A stretch of DNA of 64,000 nt from Candidatus Calditenuaceae archaeon HR02 (GTDB lineage: Archaea > Thermoproteota > Nitrososphaeria_A > Caldarchaeales > Calditenuaceae): assembly GCA_002898395.1 (NCBI GenBank), contig BEHE01000009.1, positions 18,988-82,987 of the forward strand, in the 5' to 3' direction. The position numbers were made by a program, and so were the translations under genes. Shown here in pieces: positions 18,654 to 29,378 of this stretch. The notes under the pieces were generated by a model. The model was not told where the DNA came from, searched no databases, and was given only the letters and a program-made list of their open reading frames with translations. The number at the start of each line of letters is the position of its first letter. Within the stretch, counting starts at the first letter, position 1.

Positions 18654-19776
18654 CTACGAAGCGAAGCACCTTTCCTCTCCACCTCTCCATAACAGCCCTC
18701 TCGCTCCTATGTATCTGCTCATACAGTCTCTTAACGTCTCCACTTATAAGAGGAGACACGATTACAGGCTTCACGACTAGGTCTCCGCGCACGCCTGTCC
18801 GTCTCCATAGCCCACGCCCCTTCACAACCACCGATACGCCAGGACGCGTCATAGGCGGTATTTTTACCTCAAGGAGCCCATCGACGCCCTCTATCTTTAC
18901 CGTCGCCCCCAACACCGCTTCACTCGGAGATATAGGAGCCCTCACAACGAGGTCGCCGTCCTTCACATGGTAGTATGGAGATTTTTTGACACCTATTCTG
19001 ACGACAAGTATGATCTCGCCCCCGCCGGCCCCCGAATTTCCCGGAACTCTAAACTGGAGGATGGAGCCGTCTGAAACCCCCCTGGGAATATCTATGTCTT
19101 GCTTCCTGACGCTCTGAACCCTTCCACTCCCTCTGCACGTCCTGCAGGGCCTTTCTATTATTCGCCCTATCCCGCCACAAACTTCGCAAGTCCTAGCCAC
19201 ACTGTATGTCATGTGACCTAGGACGCTTGTTCTCACAACTTGACCTGTCCCCCTACAGTTGGAACATACCCTCAGCCCACCAGGCTCAGCTCCACTACCT
19301 CCACAACTGTGGCACACTTCCAACACCGAATACTGAACAGTTTTTCTCGCACCGTTAAACAGCTCCTTTGGCGAGAGCTCAACATCAACAACAACTTCGC
19401 GCGCAGCTCTCTCCTCATAGATGCCGAATCCGAAATCCCTGAACAACCTTTCAAAGATCGAGCTAAAACTTCCTAGTCCAAGGTCCCTGAAAATGTCTTC
19501 GAAGTCCTCCATCCTAGACCTGAAAAAGTCTTCCCTAGTGTATGCACCTGACAACCCCTCGTGACCGTACATGTCGTATATCCGCCTCTTCTCGTCATCC
19601 ATAAGTACGGCGTAGGCCTCGCTGATCTCCTTGAATTTCTCCTCGGCCTCCGGAGACTTATTTCTATCGGGGTGATACTGGAGGACGAGCCGCCTATACG
19701 CCTTCTTAATCTCATCCTTTGTAGCATTGCGTGGGACGCCGAGGATCTCGTAGTAGTCCTTCTTGGTCCCCCGCAT
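18586..19776 (-). CDS. dnaJ: Chaperone DnaJ
   Basis: J domain with HPD, G/F-rich linker and four CxxCxGxG repeats. Confidence 0.95.
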   Translation of the reverse strand: MRGTKKDYYEILGVPRNATKDEIKKAYRRLVLQYHPDRNKSPEAEEKFKEISEAYAVLMDDEKRRIYDMYGHEGLSGAYTREDFFRSRMEDFEDIFRDLGLGSFSSIFERLFRDFGFGIYEERAAREVVVDVELSPKELFNGARKTVQYSVLEVCHSCGGSGAEPGGLRVCSNCRGTGQVVRTSVLGHMTYSVARTCEVCGGIGRIIERPCRTCRGSGRVQSVRKQDIDIPRGVSDGSILQFRVPGNSGAGGGEIILVVRIGVKKSPYYHVKDGDLVVRAPISPSEAVLGATVKIEGVDGLLEVKIPPMTRPGVSVVVKGRGLWRRTGVRGDLVVKPVIVSPLISGDVKRLYEQIHRSERAVMERWRGKVLRFVDARGGENNKDEERKGGRGPSSG

Positions 19777-19864
19777 CCTCTACTCTACCTTCTTCTTTAT
19801 GGTGGCTATTGATAAATTAAAATCAATGGTTGATTTCTCGGGTTGATTGGTATGGTTATGGCTT

Positions 19865-20212
19865 TTACTGTACACCTGCGCCTGGCTCTATCTCTGCCTC
19901 CGGGGCTATGGGGACAATATTCTCCTCGCTTGTCATTGCTGCCAGTATCATGCACTCTGATACTAGGCCTCGGACCTTTCTAGGCTTTAGATTGGTGACG
20001 AAGACGTAGAGCCGACCCTCAAAGTGCTCGGGGCTATATAGATGGCCTAGGCCGGTTATGGCCTGTTTTCTCTGACCTCCGAAGTCGACTTCCAGCCTTA
20101 GAAGCCTGTCGGTGGCAGGCACGCGCTCCGCCTTTACTACCTTCCCAACACGCATCTCAACCCGCTTAAACTCTGTGATATCGATCTCAGGTAGACTCAA
20201 GCCCGTCTGCAC
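19865..20212 (-). CDS. Trbp111/CsaA-like tRNA-binding OB-fold protein
   Basis: MRVGKVVKAERVP..DRLL.L.VDFG and NLKPRKVRGLVSECMILAA. Confidence 0.88.
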   Translation of the reverse strand: MQTGLSLPEIDITEFKRVEMRVGKVVKAERVPATDRLLRLEVDFGGQRKQAITGLGHLYSPEHFEGRLYVFVTNLKPRKVRGLVSECMILAAMTSEENIVPIAPEAEIEPGAGVQ

Positions 20213-20289
20213 GACTATTGGAGGCTACTATATTTGTGTGATGCGTCAGACTCCTAGGAGGGTCTTAAGGGGCGGTAGGCCTTGTGTGG

Positions 20290-20868
20290 CTAAGCGGTGT
20301 TTTTGAGGTATCCCCGCCTTCTCCAGCTGAATAGGGGTCTCTCATCACGGAGTTGTTGTGACCAGAGCCTCTCCATGATGATGCCAGTTGGGATAGAGGC
20401 GAGCGTTGGCGCGGCAACCATTACTGGGAGTTCGAGCGGCTTCTCCAAGAAAAGTATTGAAAAGACGGCGTCTATCTGCCATCTGAGATCTCCACTCTGA
20501 ACCGAGAGGGTAGGTAGAAAGCCGATCATGAGCATTATGGCCATTATTAGGAGGAGCATCGAGGTTGTTAGGGCAGCTGTTATAGCCTGTGGGAGGGTGC
20601 GGCTCATAAGCCCTACAAGAAGCCCAGCCAATACGAGTGAGAACAGGGGGAGGGGCCCGTAGCTGGAGCTTAGCACAAAATTCACACCAGTTATCTTCAC
20701 GCCTTCCCCCAAGATGCTTGATAGGGGGGTTAAGTGGAAGAAGGCTGCTTTGAGAAACTCCCCCACTACAGCCCTCTGTGGATCATAGACGGGAAGCTGT
20801 ACACCCGCCGTGTAGTATACCCCCAGCAAGAGTAGAAGCGATACCGCCGCAAGTATCCCTCTCAGCAT
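20290..20868 (-). CDS. Hypothetical membrane protein
   Basis: 192-aa ORF with about four hydrophobic segments. Confidence 0.7.
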   Translation of the reverse strand: MLRGILAAVSLLLLLGVYYTAGVQLPVYDPQRAVVGEFLKAAFFHLTPLSSILGEGVKITGVNFVLSSSYGPLPLFSLVLAGLLVGLMSRTLPQAITAALTTSMLLLIMAIMLMIGFLPTLSVQSGDLRWQIDAVFSILFLEKPLELPVMVAAPTLASIPTGIIMERLWSQQLRDERPLFSWRRRGYLKNTA

Positions 20869-20978
20869 TCAGGGTTATATGCAAGCGTAGCGATATATTT
20901 AGCCGTTATATCGCTAGAGCCCCGAATTACCCTCGAATAATACCGCGGGATTCTCTAAAAGGGTCCCCGAGACCTCGC

Positions 20979-21182
20979 CTACATTACCGACGCCTGGATG
21001 TACTTAGACGAGTCGACGGGCTTCTTCTTCCTTGGCGAGTTCCTCAGGAGTATCCCGCAGTATGGGCACCTGACGCTGTCTGTTAGGTGGTATGTCCTGC
21101 ATCTGCTACAGTATTTATAGCCTGCGGCGTAGCTCCTCCTGGCAGGAATCCTTATGGTCTCAGTTTCCTGTAGGGATGCCAT
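20979..21182 (-). CDS. Small zinc-finger protein
   Basis: GYKYCSRC...RCPYCG..LR..PRKK (CxxC plus CPxCG). Confidence 0.75.
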   Translation of the reverse strand: MASLQETETIRIPARRSYAAGYKYCSRCRTYHLTDSVRCPYCGILLRNSPRKKKPVDSSKYIQASVM

Positions 21183-21269
21183 GTCCCTCACCTCTTACGT
21201 CTATGACATACCTTTACTGTTATGATAAGCGTTATGCTTAAATAGTATATACATTACATATACAGACAA

Positions 21270-22319
21270 ATGGCCATTTATCCGCGAAGGCTTCAGAGAT
21301 TAGGCACAACCACGCTCGTAGTATCGCTGCCTAAACAATGGGTTGCTGAGAGGAGGCTAAAGCCCGGCGACATCGTCTACATCGAGGCTAACGGAGACAG
21401 CCTCACCATACATAGTAGAGAAGTTGTGCATGAGCCTGCGTCGGCAGTCATAAATGCCGACGAGGTAGAGAAGCCCGAGGTCTTGGCCAGGATAGTTACC
21501 TCCTGCTTCTTACAGGGATACGACATAGTCAAGGTCATCTCTAACACAGGTCTCACGGGTAGTCAATCCCACGCTATATTGGCTGCAGTTGAGTCTCTTC
21601 CAGGTTTTGAAGTTATTGAACAGACACCGAGGCAGATAGTATTGCAGGCGATAATTGACCCGACGCGGTTTAAGGTCGAGGCCATAATCAGGCGACTCAA
21701 CGTTCTGGTCATATCCATGTTAGGTGTTGCCATAGACTCGCTTGTCCGCGGAATCTCTGAGAAGGCGGGGGATGTTATAAACACGGGAAAGAAGCTTGAG
21801 GAGCTCTACTCCATAGTCGTAAGGCAGCTAATCCTCGCCCTCAGAAACCCATCACTCGCACACACAATAGGAATCGACATGCCAATCGCTGTTCTGGGAT
21901 ACAGGCTTGTCGCAAAGGCTCTAGAAGAGGCAGGGCAACATGCTATCGCACTGGCAAAAGAGAGCCTGAACATCAGGCATAAAGGAGCACCGACCAAGAA
22001 GAAGGTTGTAGACAGGCTAGTCTCATTGGCTGAAGATATTCAGAGCCTTCTCACAAACGGTGTCAACGCCTTCCTAACACTTGACCTCAAGATGATAAAT
22101 AATGTCCTCGACTCCTTGGAGGGTTTGGCTGATGAGATTGAGTCAACCGAGCGGGAGTTGATTGAGGAAGTAAGTGACGTCGAGTTCTCCCTCTCCCTCA
22201 GGGTCTCGCTGATGCACTTCTCGGCAATACTGGATTCGGTTAAGATGATTGCAGAGGTGGCGTTGAACAAGTTTGTGAGAATGAATACAGATATTGTCCA
22301 GGCGGTTAGTCCTCCCTAA
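21270..22319 (+). CDS. AbrB-domain PhoU-like regulator
   Basis: RRLQRLG.TTLVVSLPK.W AbrB N-terminus followed by tandem PhoU-like helical regions. Confidence 0.88.
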   Translation: MAIYPRRLQRLGTTTLVVSLPKQWVAERRLKPGDIVYIEANGDSLTIHSREVVHEPASAVINADEVEKPEVLARIVTSCFLQGYDIVKVISNTGLTGSQSHAILAAVESLPGFEVIEQTPRQIVLQAIIDPTRFKVEAIIRRLNVLVISMLGVAIDSLVRGISEKAGDVINTGKKLEELYSIVVRQLILALRNPSLAHTIGIDMPIAVLGYRLVAKALEEAGQHAIALAKESLNIRHKGAPTKKKVVDRLVSLAEDIQSLLTNGVNAFLTLDLKMINNVLDSLEGLADEIESTERELIEEVSDVEFSLSLRVSLMHFSAILDSVKMIAEVALNKFVRMNTDIVQAVSPP

Positions 22320-23050
22320 ATGGCTGAATCTGGACCCCCTACGAGTCTTGCTGCGCGTCTAAATACGTTGTTTATCATCCGCTGGGTTAGTAGTCGTGTC
22401 TGCGTGTTCCTCCTGCTCGGATGATAGGTCGCCAGTAGCCAGATAACCCGCCCACCCTGTCTCTGAGTAAATCTGTAGGCCTGCCCGTGCTTGAACACGG
22501 GTCTACCACTATCTGGTGTGAACCCCTTATCCCGGAGAAGCCTAACAGATGTGCTGAATGCTAGGCTCCCTAACGCCACTATGACCCTTACCCCTTCGAG
22601 AGCATCGAATTCCTCTCTCAGATATCTATAGCAATTCTCCAGCTCTTCTTTAAGCGGTGTATTACCTGGCGGAACACATCGCAGGGCAGCGGTCAGGAAG
22701 CACCCCGTCAGTCTCAACCCATCATTGAGGCTTATCGAATAGGGAATATTCGCCAGGCCATTTGCGTATAGTGCCTTGATCAGAGTATTGCCAGCGCTAT
22801 CCCCAGTGAACATACGGCCCGTCCTATTGCCTCCATGCGCAGCGGGGGCTAAGCCTATGACGAGAATCGAGGCCTTTGGGTCTCCGAAACCTGGTAGAGG
22901 CTTGGCCCAGTAAGTCTCTGCGGAGTATCTTTTGGGTGGATGCCGCGCGACCTCCTGCCTATATTTTACGAGTCTGGGGCATAGGGTGCATGAGACTATT
23001 CTATCGCTTATCTCGGCCAGTCTCTTCTCGAATTGGTCTTGGGACATCAT
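22316..23050 (-). CDS. Uracil-DNA glycosylase family 5 (UdgB-like)
   Basis: CxxCPRL, GLAPAAHGGNRTGRMFTGD and YHPS.RNTQT motifs. Confidence 0.93.
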   Translation of the reverse strand: MMSQDQFEKRLAEISDRIVSCTLCPRLVKYRQEVARHPPKRYSAETYWAKPLPGFGDPKASILVIGLAPAAHGGNRTGRMFTGDSAGNTLIKALYANGLANIPYSISLNDGLRLTGCFLTAALRCVPPGNTPLKEELENCYRYLREEFDALEGVRVIVALGSLAFSTSVRLLRDKGFTPDSGRPVFKHGQAYRFTQRQGGRVIWLLATYHPSRRNTQTRLLTQRMINNVFRRAARLVGGPDSAI

Positions 23051-23766
23051 GCCCTGACGAACGGGTTATTCCGCTTCTCGTAGCCTACAGTTGTTGATGG
23101 GCCATGCCCAGGATATACTAAGATGTCGTCGGGTAAAGTGTATAGCTTTGATTTTATCGACTCTACTATTTTCTGGGGGTCTGCTAGGGGTATGTCTGTC
23201 CTTCCTATTGTGCCTTGGAAGAGCGTGTCCCCGCTGAATAGTGTCTTGCCTGTCAGGAGGCATGAACTTCCAGGTGAGTGACCCGGCGTATGGATAATCC
23301 TTAGCTGCAGCCCCCCGACGTGGATTATGTCACCGTCCTCCAAGTAGCCGTCAGGCCTCGGCGGCTTCAGACGTATTCCCAGTATTCGAAGAGTGGCCTC
23401 AGGCAGGATATCTAGTACTACCTGATCTGCGCGGTGAATCAGAAACTCTACTCCGAGAACCTCTCTAATATCATCTACAGCTAGGACGTGGTCGAAGTGC
23501 CCGTGCGTCGCTATTATCTTCTTGACCTTGACACCAGTCTTGAGTAAACCCAGTATCTTGTGCGGCTCGTCTCCTGCATCGATGATCACAGCCTCGCCAC
23601 TTCCGCCGTCGATGAGCAGATAAGAATTGCTTCTCAGAGGCCCCACACTAACATAGTAGACCTTCTCCAAGTCTAACCCCCCAGAAGTTCTCGGCTTCGA
23701 GCTAAATCCATCGTTGCTGGAAAGAGAGCCTCCTCGGCCAAGAAACCACCTCCTTCCTTGCCGCAT
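23047..23766 (-). CDS. MBL-fold hydrolase (glyoxalase II-like)
   Basis: THGHFDH, HTPGHSPG, SGDTLF and PGHG. True start is probably downstream of 23766. Confidence 0.9.
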   Translation of the reverse strand: MRQGRRWFLGRGGSLSSNDGFSSKPRTSGGLDLEKVYYVSVGPLRSNSYLLIDGGSGEAVIIDAGDEPHKILGLLKTGVKVKKIIATHGHFDHVLAVDDIREVLGVEFLIHRADQVVLDILPEATLRILGIRLKPPRPDGYLEDGDIIHVGGLQLRIIHTPGHSPGSSCLLTGKTLFSGDTLFQGTIGRTDIPLADPQKIVESIKSKLYTLPDDILVYPGHGPSTTVGYEKRNNPFVRA

Positions 23767-24577
23767 CTACGAAGGATGCTGGATCTAGGCAGCCGAGCTC
23801 GGAGATATACTCTTGAATCAAACTTGAGTCGATTCTCTCAAATACTTGGAACTCTACCGGGATCCCTTCAGCCGTCAATCTCCACTTCTCGGCCAACCAC
23901 AAGTTGTTTATGTCGAGCTTGGTCGAGTCGCAGATTATGAGTGTTGGGACCCCCGCCTCTCGGGCGGCGAGTGCCACTATGCTTGAGCCTGACCTATTGA
24001 TTGCCGAGCCGTCAGGCAGCACCGCATCACACCCCAGTAGCAGGACATCAACATCTGTAAGGGCTTCACAGACTGAGAGGTCGGGTAGGAGAATAGCGTT
24101 CACACCCGAGGCCTTGAGCTCCCTATAAGCTGCGAGCCCGTCCATCAGAGGCCAGCCCACCAATACCCTAGTCTCATGAGGCGAAAGCCTCTTCACCGTC
24201 GATATTACTTGGGAGCTCTTACTAAGTGTGAGGATCGTGTTACATTGTGCCAGCCTCTTCTCAGCCGATCTCAAAGCTGCTTCGAGGGCTGCCCCATACA
24301 TCTGGCGCAACAGGCGTATCATATCCCGCAAATAAGGTCTAGGCCCGCTTTCTCCCAGAGAGATCTCGTAGGCCTGCCTCAGAGTGTTGACAAGGTTTAT
24401 CGGGGAGATGAGACTCCTCCGTTTAAGGACAATTTCATACAGTTCCTCTAGGAAGAGTTTGACAACACTAGGCTCTTCCTTCTGCGCGACCTCCTCCAGA
24501 TAGCTGAGGAGACCCATGGCTATTTGAGAGGAGCCGCCACGGCTATCAAAAACTATCTCAGAAACCTTCTCCAACAT
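23702..24577 (-). CDS. eIF2B-family / sugar-phosphate isomerase-like protein
   Basis: ILTLSKSSQV, LLGCDAV..DG..INRSGS and FE.I motifs. Confidence 0.75.
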   Translation of the reverse strand: MLEKVSEIVFDSRGGSSQIAMGLLSYLEEVAQKEEPSVVKLFLEELYEIVLKRRSLISPINLVNTLRQAYEISLGESGPRPYLRDMIRLLRQMYGAALEAALRSAEKRLAQCNTILTLSKSSQVISTVKRLSPHETRVLVGWPLMDGLAAYRELKASGVNAILLPDLSVCEALTDVDVLLLGCDAVLPDGSAINRSGSSIVALAAREAGVPTLIICDSTKLDINNLWLAEKWRLTAEGIPVEFQVFERIDSSLIQEYISELGCLDPASFVDAARKEVVSWPRRLSFQQRWI

Positions 24578-24578
24578 T

Positions 24579-25598
24579 CTACGGCTTCAGCAATATCTTC
24601 CCAAAATGCTCACCGGCCTCCAACCTCCTATGGGCCTCAGACGCGTCCTTGAGGCTGAAGACTTTATCAATCACTGGGCGTAGCTTGCCGTGGGAGAATA
24701 GATCGATGATTCTGAGAAACTCGCCTTGAGTGCCCACACCGCTCCCAATAATTCGCTGATATTTTCTAAAGAATGGCCTCACGTTAAACGAGACTTGGTC
24801 ACCTGCTGTTGCGCCCACCACCACGAGTGTGCCGCCTGGTGCAAGGCATTGTAGGGCCTTCTCCCAGAAGGGGGTTCCGGCCATTTCAAGCACGACGTCC
24901 ACACCCTCACCCCCCGTCGTCTTCAAAACCTCCTCGACCACATCCTTCTTTTTACGGTTTACGACAAAGTCGGCACCGGCCTTGTAGGCCTTCTCCTCCT
25001 TCCAGTTATCCCCAACCACAGATATTACACTCGCACCCGACAGTCTGGCAATCTGCGTAGCAGCCACACCTACTCCACTACTTCCACCAACCACTAGGAC
25101 CCACATCCCCGGACCCACAGCCGCGTCTGTGACCAACGCTCTCCACGCTGTAGAGTAGTTTACTGGGAGGGCAGCGGCCTCCTCTAAGCTGACTCCGCTC
25201 GGGAGAGGAATCGCTGTAGATGCAGGCGCTACTATCTGCTCTGCATATCCTCCCCAACGCGTAGAGCCGAGCCTCGAAGCGTTCCTGCAGAGTTGGAAGC
25301 GCCCAGTGAGACAGTATCTGCACCTGCCGCAGGGCGTGTCGGGGAACAGCACAACCCTGTCACCCTTTCTGAGATGGGGTACTGTTGAGGAGACAACCTC
25401 ACCGGCAACATCAACCCCTAGGACGTGGGGGAGCTTCACTTGGTATTTCCCAGTCCGAATCCACACGTCCACCCTGTTAACGCCTGCTGCCGCAACTCTG
25501 ACTAACACCTCTCCCTCCGCCGGCACCGGGTCGGCCACGTCCTTATACTCGAGGACCTCAGGTGATCCGTACCGCTCAAGGACTACTGCTTTCAACAC
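24579..25598 (-). CDS. Zinc-binding dehydrogenase / quinone oxidoreductase (MDR family)
   Basis: GVNRVD, CGRCRYC structural zinc site, GGSSGVG and GKILL. Confidence 0.9.
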   Translation of the reverse strand: MLKAVVLERYGSPEVLEYKDVADPVPAEGEVLVRVAAAGVNRVDVWIRTGKYQVKLPHVLGVDVAGEVVSSTVPHLRKGDRVVLFPDTPCGRCRYCLTGRFQLCRNASRLGSTRWGGYAEQIVAPASTAIPLPSGVSLEEAAALPVNYSTAWRALVTDAAVGPGMWVLVVGGSSGVGVAATQIARLSGASVISVVGDNWKEEKAYKAGADFVVNRKKKDVVEEVLKTTGGEGVDVVLEMAGTPFWEKALQCLAPGGTLVVVGATAGDQVSFNVRPFFRKYQRIIGSGVGTQGEFLRIIDLFSHGKLRPVIDKVFSLKDASEAHRRLEAGEHFGKILLKP

Positions 25599-25728
25599 CC
25601 TATTCAGAACTAGTGCGGGGTAAATGAGTGTATCGCCTCTCTACCTCAGCCCGCGTCTAGCGGGGATTGAGGGAAAACTAAAATTGAGCCCTACCTACTC
25701 TAATGCCGAAAAAGAGGTTGAAAATAGA

Positions 25729-26910
25729 TTGAAGACAACACTATCCGTCATTAAGGCGGATGTTGGGAGCGTCTCTGGACACTATAAGCCACACAGCGAG
25801 ATGCTACGCTATGCTCAGAAGAAGCTGAACGAGGCCAAGACGACAGCCCTCATCAACAGTGGATATGTGACTCACGCGGGAGACGACATAATACTCGTCA
25901 TGACCCATAATAGGGGTGAGAATGACGCTGAGATCCACGGCCTTGCTTGGAGAATCTTCAAAGAGATAACTGATAACGTGGCGAAGCCGATGAAGCTTTA
26001 CGGGGCCGGCCAAGACTTGTTAAGCGACGCTTTTAGCGGCAACGTAAGAGGCCTCGGTCCAGGTGTGGCCGAGATAGAGTTTGAAGAGAGAAGGTCGGAT
26101 CCGGTTGTAGTCTTTGCGGCTGACAAGACCGAGCCAGGCGCCTGGAACCTACCACTCTACAGAATATTCGCCTCACCTGACAACACAGCAGGCCTAGTCA
26201 TCGATCCGCAGCTCCAGAAGGGCTTTGTTTTCGAGGTACTCGACCTATACGAGAGCAAGATAGTGGAGCTGAAGACCCCTGAGGAGCTTTACATGCTCCT
26301 AGGACTGCTGGGAACACCAGGTCGATACGCCGTCGCCCGCGTCAGGCGGGCTGCTGACGGAGAGCCTGCAGCCGCGGCCAGCACTACGAGGCTGAGCCTA
26401 ATTGCTGGGCGCTATGTGGGTAAGGACGATCCTGTGCTAGTTGTTAGGGCTCAATCTGGCTTCCCTGCCGTTGGGGAGATACTGGCCGCCTTCGCCGTGC
26501 CGCCGATAGTGAGTGGGTGGATGAGGGGATCACATAGGGGGCCACTGATGCCTGTCTCGTTCAAGAATGGGCAGAATGTTGTCTCATACTTCGATGGTCC
26601 CCCGAGGGTGATTGCGATGGGCTGGCAGGTAAGTAACGGCAAGCTAATAGGCGTTGATGGTGAGGAGCCTGCAGACCTGTTCGCCGACCCGTTCTGGGAC
26701 TATGTAAGGCATAAGGCAGCCGAGTTGGCTATTTATCTGAGGACGATGGGCGAGTTTGAGCCTGCACGCCTAGGCCATGAAGAGATGGAGTACACTACAC
26801 TACCCTCGATCCTAGAGACTTTGAAGCCAAGGTTTAAGCCATACGAAGAGAAGCCAACCACGAAGGCTCCGGCCACGAAGAAGAAGGAAGTCCAAGAAGA
26901 GGTAGATTAA
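25729..26910 (+). CDS. fbp: Bifunctional FBP aldolase/phosphatase (class V)
   Basis: LSVIKADVGS, LYGAGQDLLSDAFSGNVRGLGPG, GKDDP, GWMRGSH.GP and EMEYTT. Start is probably TTG 25729. Confidence 0.96.
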   Translation: MKTTLSVIKADVGSVSGHYKPHSEMLRYAQKKLNEAKTTALINSGYVTHAGDDIILVMTHNRGENDAEIHGLAWRIFKEITDNVAKPMKLYGAGQDLLSDAFSGNVRGLGPGVAEIEFEERRSDPVVVFAADKTEPGAWNLPLYRIFASPDNTAGLVIDPQLQKGFVFEVLDLYESKIVELKTPEELYMLLGLLGTPGRYAVARVRRAADGEPAAAASTTRLSLIAGRYVGKDDPVLVVRAQSGFPAVGEILAAFAVPPIVSGWMRGSHRGPLMPVSFKNGQNVVSYFDGPPRVIAMGWQVSNGKLIGVDGEEPADLFADPFWDYVRHKAAELAIYLRTMGEFEPARLGHEEMEYTTLPSILETLKPRFKPYEEKPTTKAPATKKKEVQEEVD

Positions 26911-26985
26911 ACCACCAAGAAGAACACAACATTCTTTTTTATGGATCCAAAGAGGCAAAGGCATAGCATAGCCCATGCGGGTGTT

Positions 26986-27822
26986 TTAGTGTTTGACTAT
27001 CTCTACTCCAAGCTGTCGGAGCTTCTCAACCACGAGTCCCCTATGCTGACCATGGATACCCTTCCAGTCAATAACCGCCACACTACACCCGTCCACAACA
27101 CTTCTAATAGCCTCACCCAGAAGATCGAGCGCCCCGGGGATAAAGTATTTTGGAAGTATGTGTCCAAAGTCATGCTCGCCGAGGCTCATCAGCCGGGTAA
27201 AGGTGGGTGCATAGTGTCCTCCGCCTACGCCTATCGCGGCAGACCTTGACGGCCCCGCGAGACACGCCTCAATACACGCCTCAGCCACGGCCTCCGCCGC
27301 CCTCTCGTCAGTCCTAGCCTCGACAGGCCCACCGAACTCAACGTATACCATTGGTACAGGTGAGTAGGGGCCGTGATGTGTGACCTCCAGCCCCACCCAC
27401 CAGTCTCGCAGACTGCTGCTTTCCTCGACGGCCCGTCTGAGAGTGTTGTAGGCAGCCCTGATGGCACCAGCTAGTGTTAGAGACAGTGCGCGCGGTTTTC
27501 CTCCCATGCTCACGTCGCAAGTCCAGTTGCCCGTTGCGTGAGTAGTAAGTGCCTTTGTCCCACTCTCCGACCTATGGGAGGATGCTACTACTATGAGGTC
27601 TGCTTTGAGTTCCAATATCTCCTCCTCTGTGAGGTAGAGGTGGTGTTTATCGACGACTATTGCTGATACTGGGCGCCCGCGCAGAAACTCCACTCCCGCT
27701 TCTTGGACAGGCTCAAACCCAAACCTCTCTACAAGGCACTCCCTAACAAGCATTGACGAGCTATCAGCACGTGATATGAGGATAAAGCGTCCGGCCAAGG
27801 GCTTTGAAGGGTTAAACGGCAC
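26986..27822 (-). CDS. dtdA: D-aminoacyl-tRNA deacylase (archaeal DTD2)
   Basis: S.H.S..G..ALT.H.TGN, EVTHHGP, GGGHYAP and IDWKG. Confidence 0.92.
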   Translation of the reverse strand: MPFNPSKPLAGRFILISRADSSSMLVRECLVERFGFEPVQEAGVEFLRGRPVSAIVVDKHHLYLTEEEILELKADLIVVASSHRSESGTKALTTHATGNWTCDVSMGGKPRALSLTLAGAIRAAYNTLRRAVEESSSLRDWWVGLEVTHHGPYSPVPMVYVEFGGPVEARTDERAAEAVAEACIEACLAGPSRSAAIGVGGGHYAPTFTRLMSLGEHDFGHILPKYFIPGALDLLGEAIRSVVDGCSVAVIDWKGIHGQHRGLVVEKLRQLGVEIVKH

Positions 27823-27852
27823 CCCGACTATTTATAGAGTCGTGAGTTAAGG

Positions 27853-27980
27853 ATTATCTTCTCGACTTGTTCCTTAGTTTTGTGTTGCATCTAGGGCATC
27901 TTTGTTTATGTATTGTTGGCTTTTTGAGCAGTATTTAAATCCCCTATTGTATGCATCACCCCTAGCGGCGGGATAGTATC
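27853..27980. repeat. Dispersed ~130-bp repeat B, copy 2
   Basis: Homologous to 7998-8133. The minus strand has TTTAAATA followed by a short MQHKTK.QV.KII frame in both copies. Confidence 0.8.
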
Positions 27981-28085
27981 TTAGACTCACATTTTCAAGC
28001 CTTACCATAATGGTGTCTGGGGAGTAGTCTTACCTTGATTGGCCTCTCCCTATCTAATAATAGCTCATAATCATGTATTGGTTAG

Positions 28086-28301
28086 GGAGCTCTAGCTGAG
28101 CTATTGACGTATGTTGATTTCAGTAAGTCATTTAGGAGGGTTCGTGGATACTTGAGGCTGTATCGGCGACGGTCGTATAATAGGAGGTATGGACATGCGA
28201 CGCGTGAAGCGTTGGGAGGACTTACGATGGCGGTAATTGGTAGATATAGGTTGAGGGCTAGGGATCAAGAGGATGTGCTGAAGATGTGGCTGATGTTCTG
28301 A
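28086..28301 (+). pseudogene. Remnant resembling the IS110 Tnp/Nop-type C-terminal domain
   Basis: GALAELLTYVDFSKSFRRVRGYLRLY...YGHATREAL...RARDQEDVLKMW resembles the a.ll..i.d..rF.s...l..Y.GL...r.aL pattern. No 5' part; it ends at the hairpin. Confidence 0.4.
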
Positions 28302-28302
28302 G

Positions 28303-28592
28303 GGGAGACATGGAGGCCGGCGGGTATACCGGCCCAGCAACAGTGATAAAACCCGAGGCCGGTATGACCCACGGGTTTAAACGGACTGGCATTTTCGCCA
28401 GTCATGTCCAACACATAAACAACCGGCCTCGTTTGGGTTTCCTAGATGTTGTTGGGATGGTTGTCCGCCGGCTAACCCTCCCATCTTTCCATTGTTTGAG
28501 TGTTTAACACATCACTATGATTATCTTATCTAATGGTATTAAGTGTTTTAAGTCGCGCCTCCTCAGTCCAGCTTAGAGAGCCTTCTTGCGAC
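28303..28592. repeat. Long imperfect hairpin element, copy 2
   Basis: Same apical GACTGGC-ATTTTC-GCCAGTC (28384-28403). Stem 28355-28363/28422-28430 carries a compensatory change relative to copy 1. The outer left arm is shorter. Confidence 0.8.
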
Positions 28593-28681
28593 TGATGGTT
28601 CTTCGCCCGTCAACTCTTTGAATAGAGGGAGTAGAAGTATCGATACAATGATAGGCAGATTAAAAGGGGCCAGGGGAAGGG

Positions 28682-29215
28682 ATGGGCGAGGCTGCCGGCC
28701 GCGTGGCAGAGGCGTTAGAGAGGGTGGGGCTCAGAAGCGAGGTTTTCACCGATCATGGTGGTTACCCAGTCGTGTGGGGGGAGCTTAGGGAGGAGCGGCA
28801 TGGCACCCTTCTAATTTATAACCACTACGATGTCCAGCCACCAGACCCCCTGGAGAAATGGGCTTCACCACCCTTCCAGCCGACCATTAGAAACGGTAGA
28901 GTGTATGCTAGGGGTGCATGCGACAATAAGGGGAACCTAGCAGCAAGGCTATGTGCCTTAGACCTACTGCTGGACGCTATCGGCGAGGTGCCCCTAAACA
29001 TCAAGTTCCTAATAGAGGGTGAAGAGGAGATTGGCAGCCCACATCTCAGCAGGCTGTTATGGTTGATGCAACAAGAGGGTGGCGGGACTATTTTTACCTG
29101 CAGACGAGGGGGAAGAGGAATTAAACTCGCTAGGAGAAGGGATAACCATAATCATAGAAGTTGTGGAAGAGAAAAATGGTGTGTAAGACTAGGGAAAACA
29201 ATACTTGTTAGTTAA
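28682..29215 (+). pseudogene. Truncated M20 peptidase (ArgE/DapE-like)
   Basis: YNHYDVQP, YARGACDNKG and EGEEEIGSP are present, but homology stops near 29050 and the dimerisation and C-terminal parts are missing. Confidence 0.8.
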
Positions 29216-29378
29216 AAAAATACTGTGACCGAAATCAAAGAGGATAGAATATGTCTTTAAATCCGAACACTGAATTTTTAAACCATCTACACCATCTTCA
29301 ACGAAGCCCGAAAGAACCCGGCGACCCAGCACAACGCCTTGCTGGTGATAGATGTTTTATATAGGCTTCTCTTGTTGT

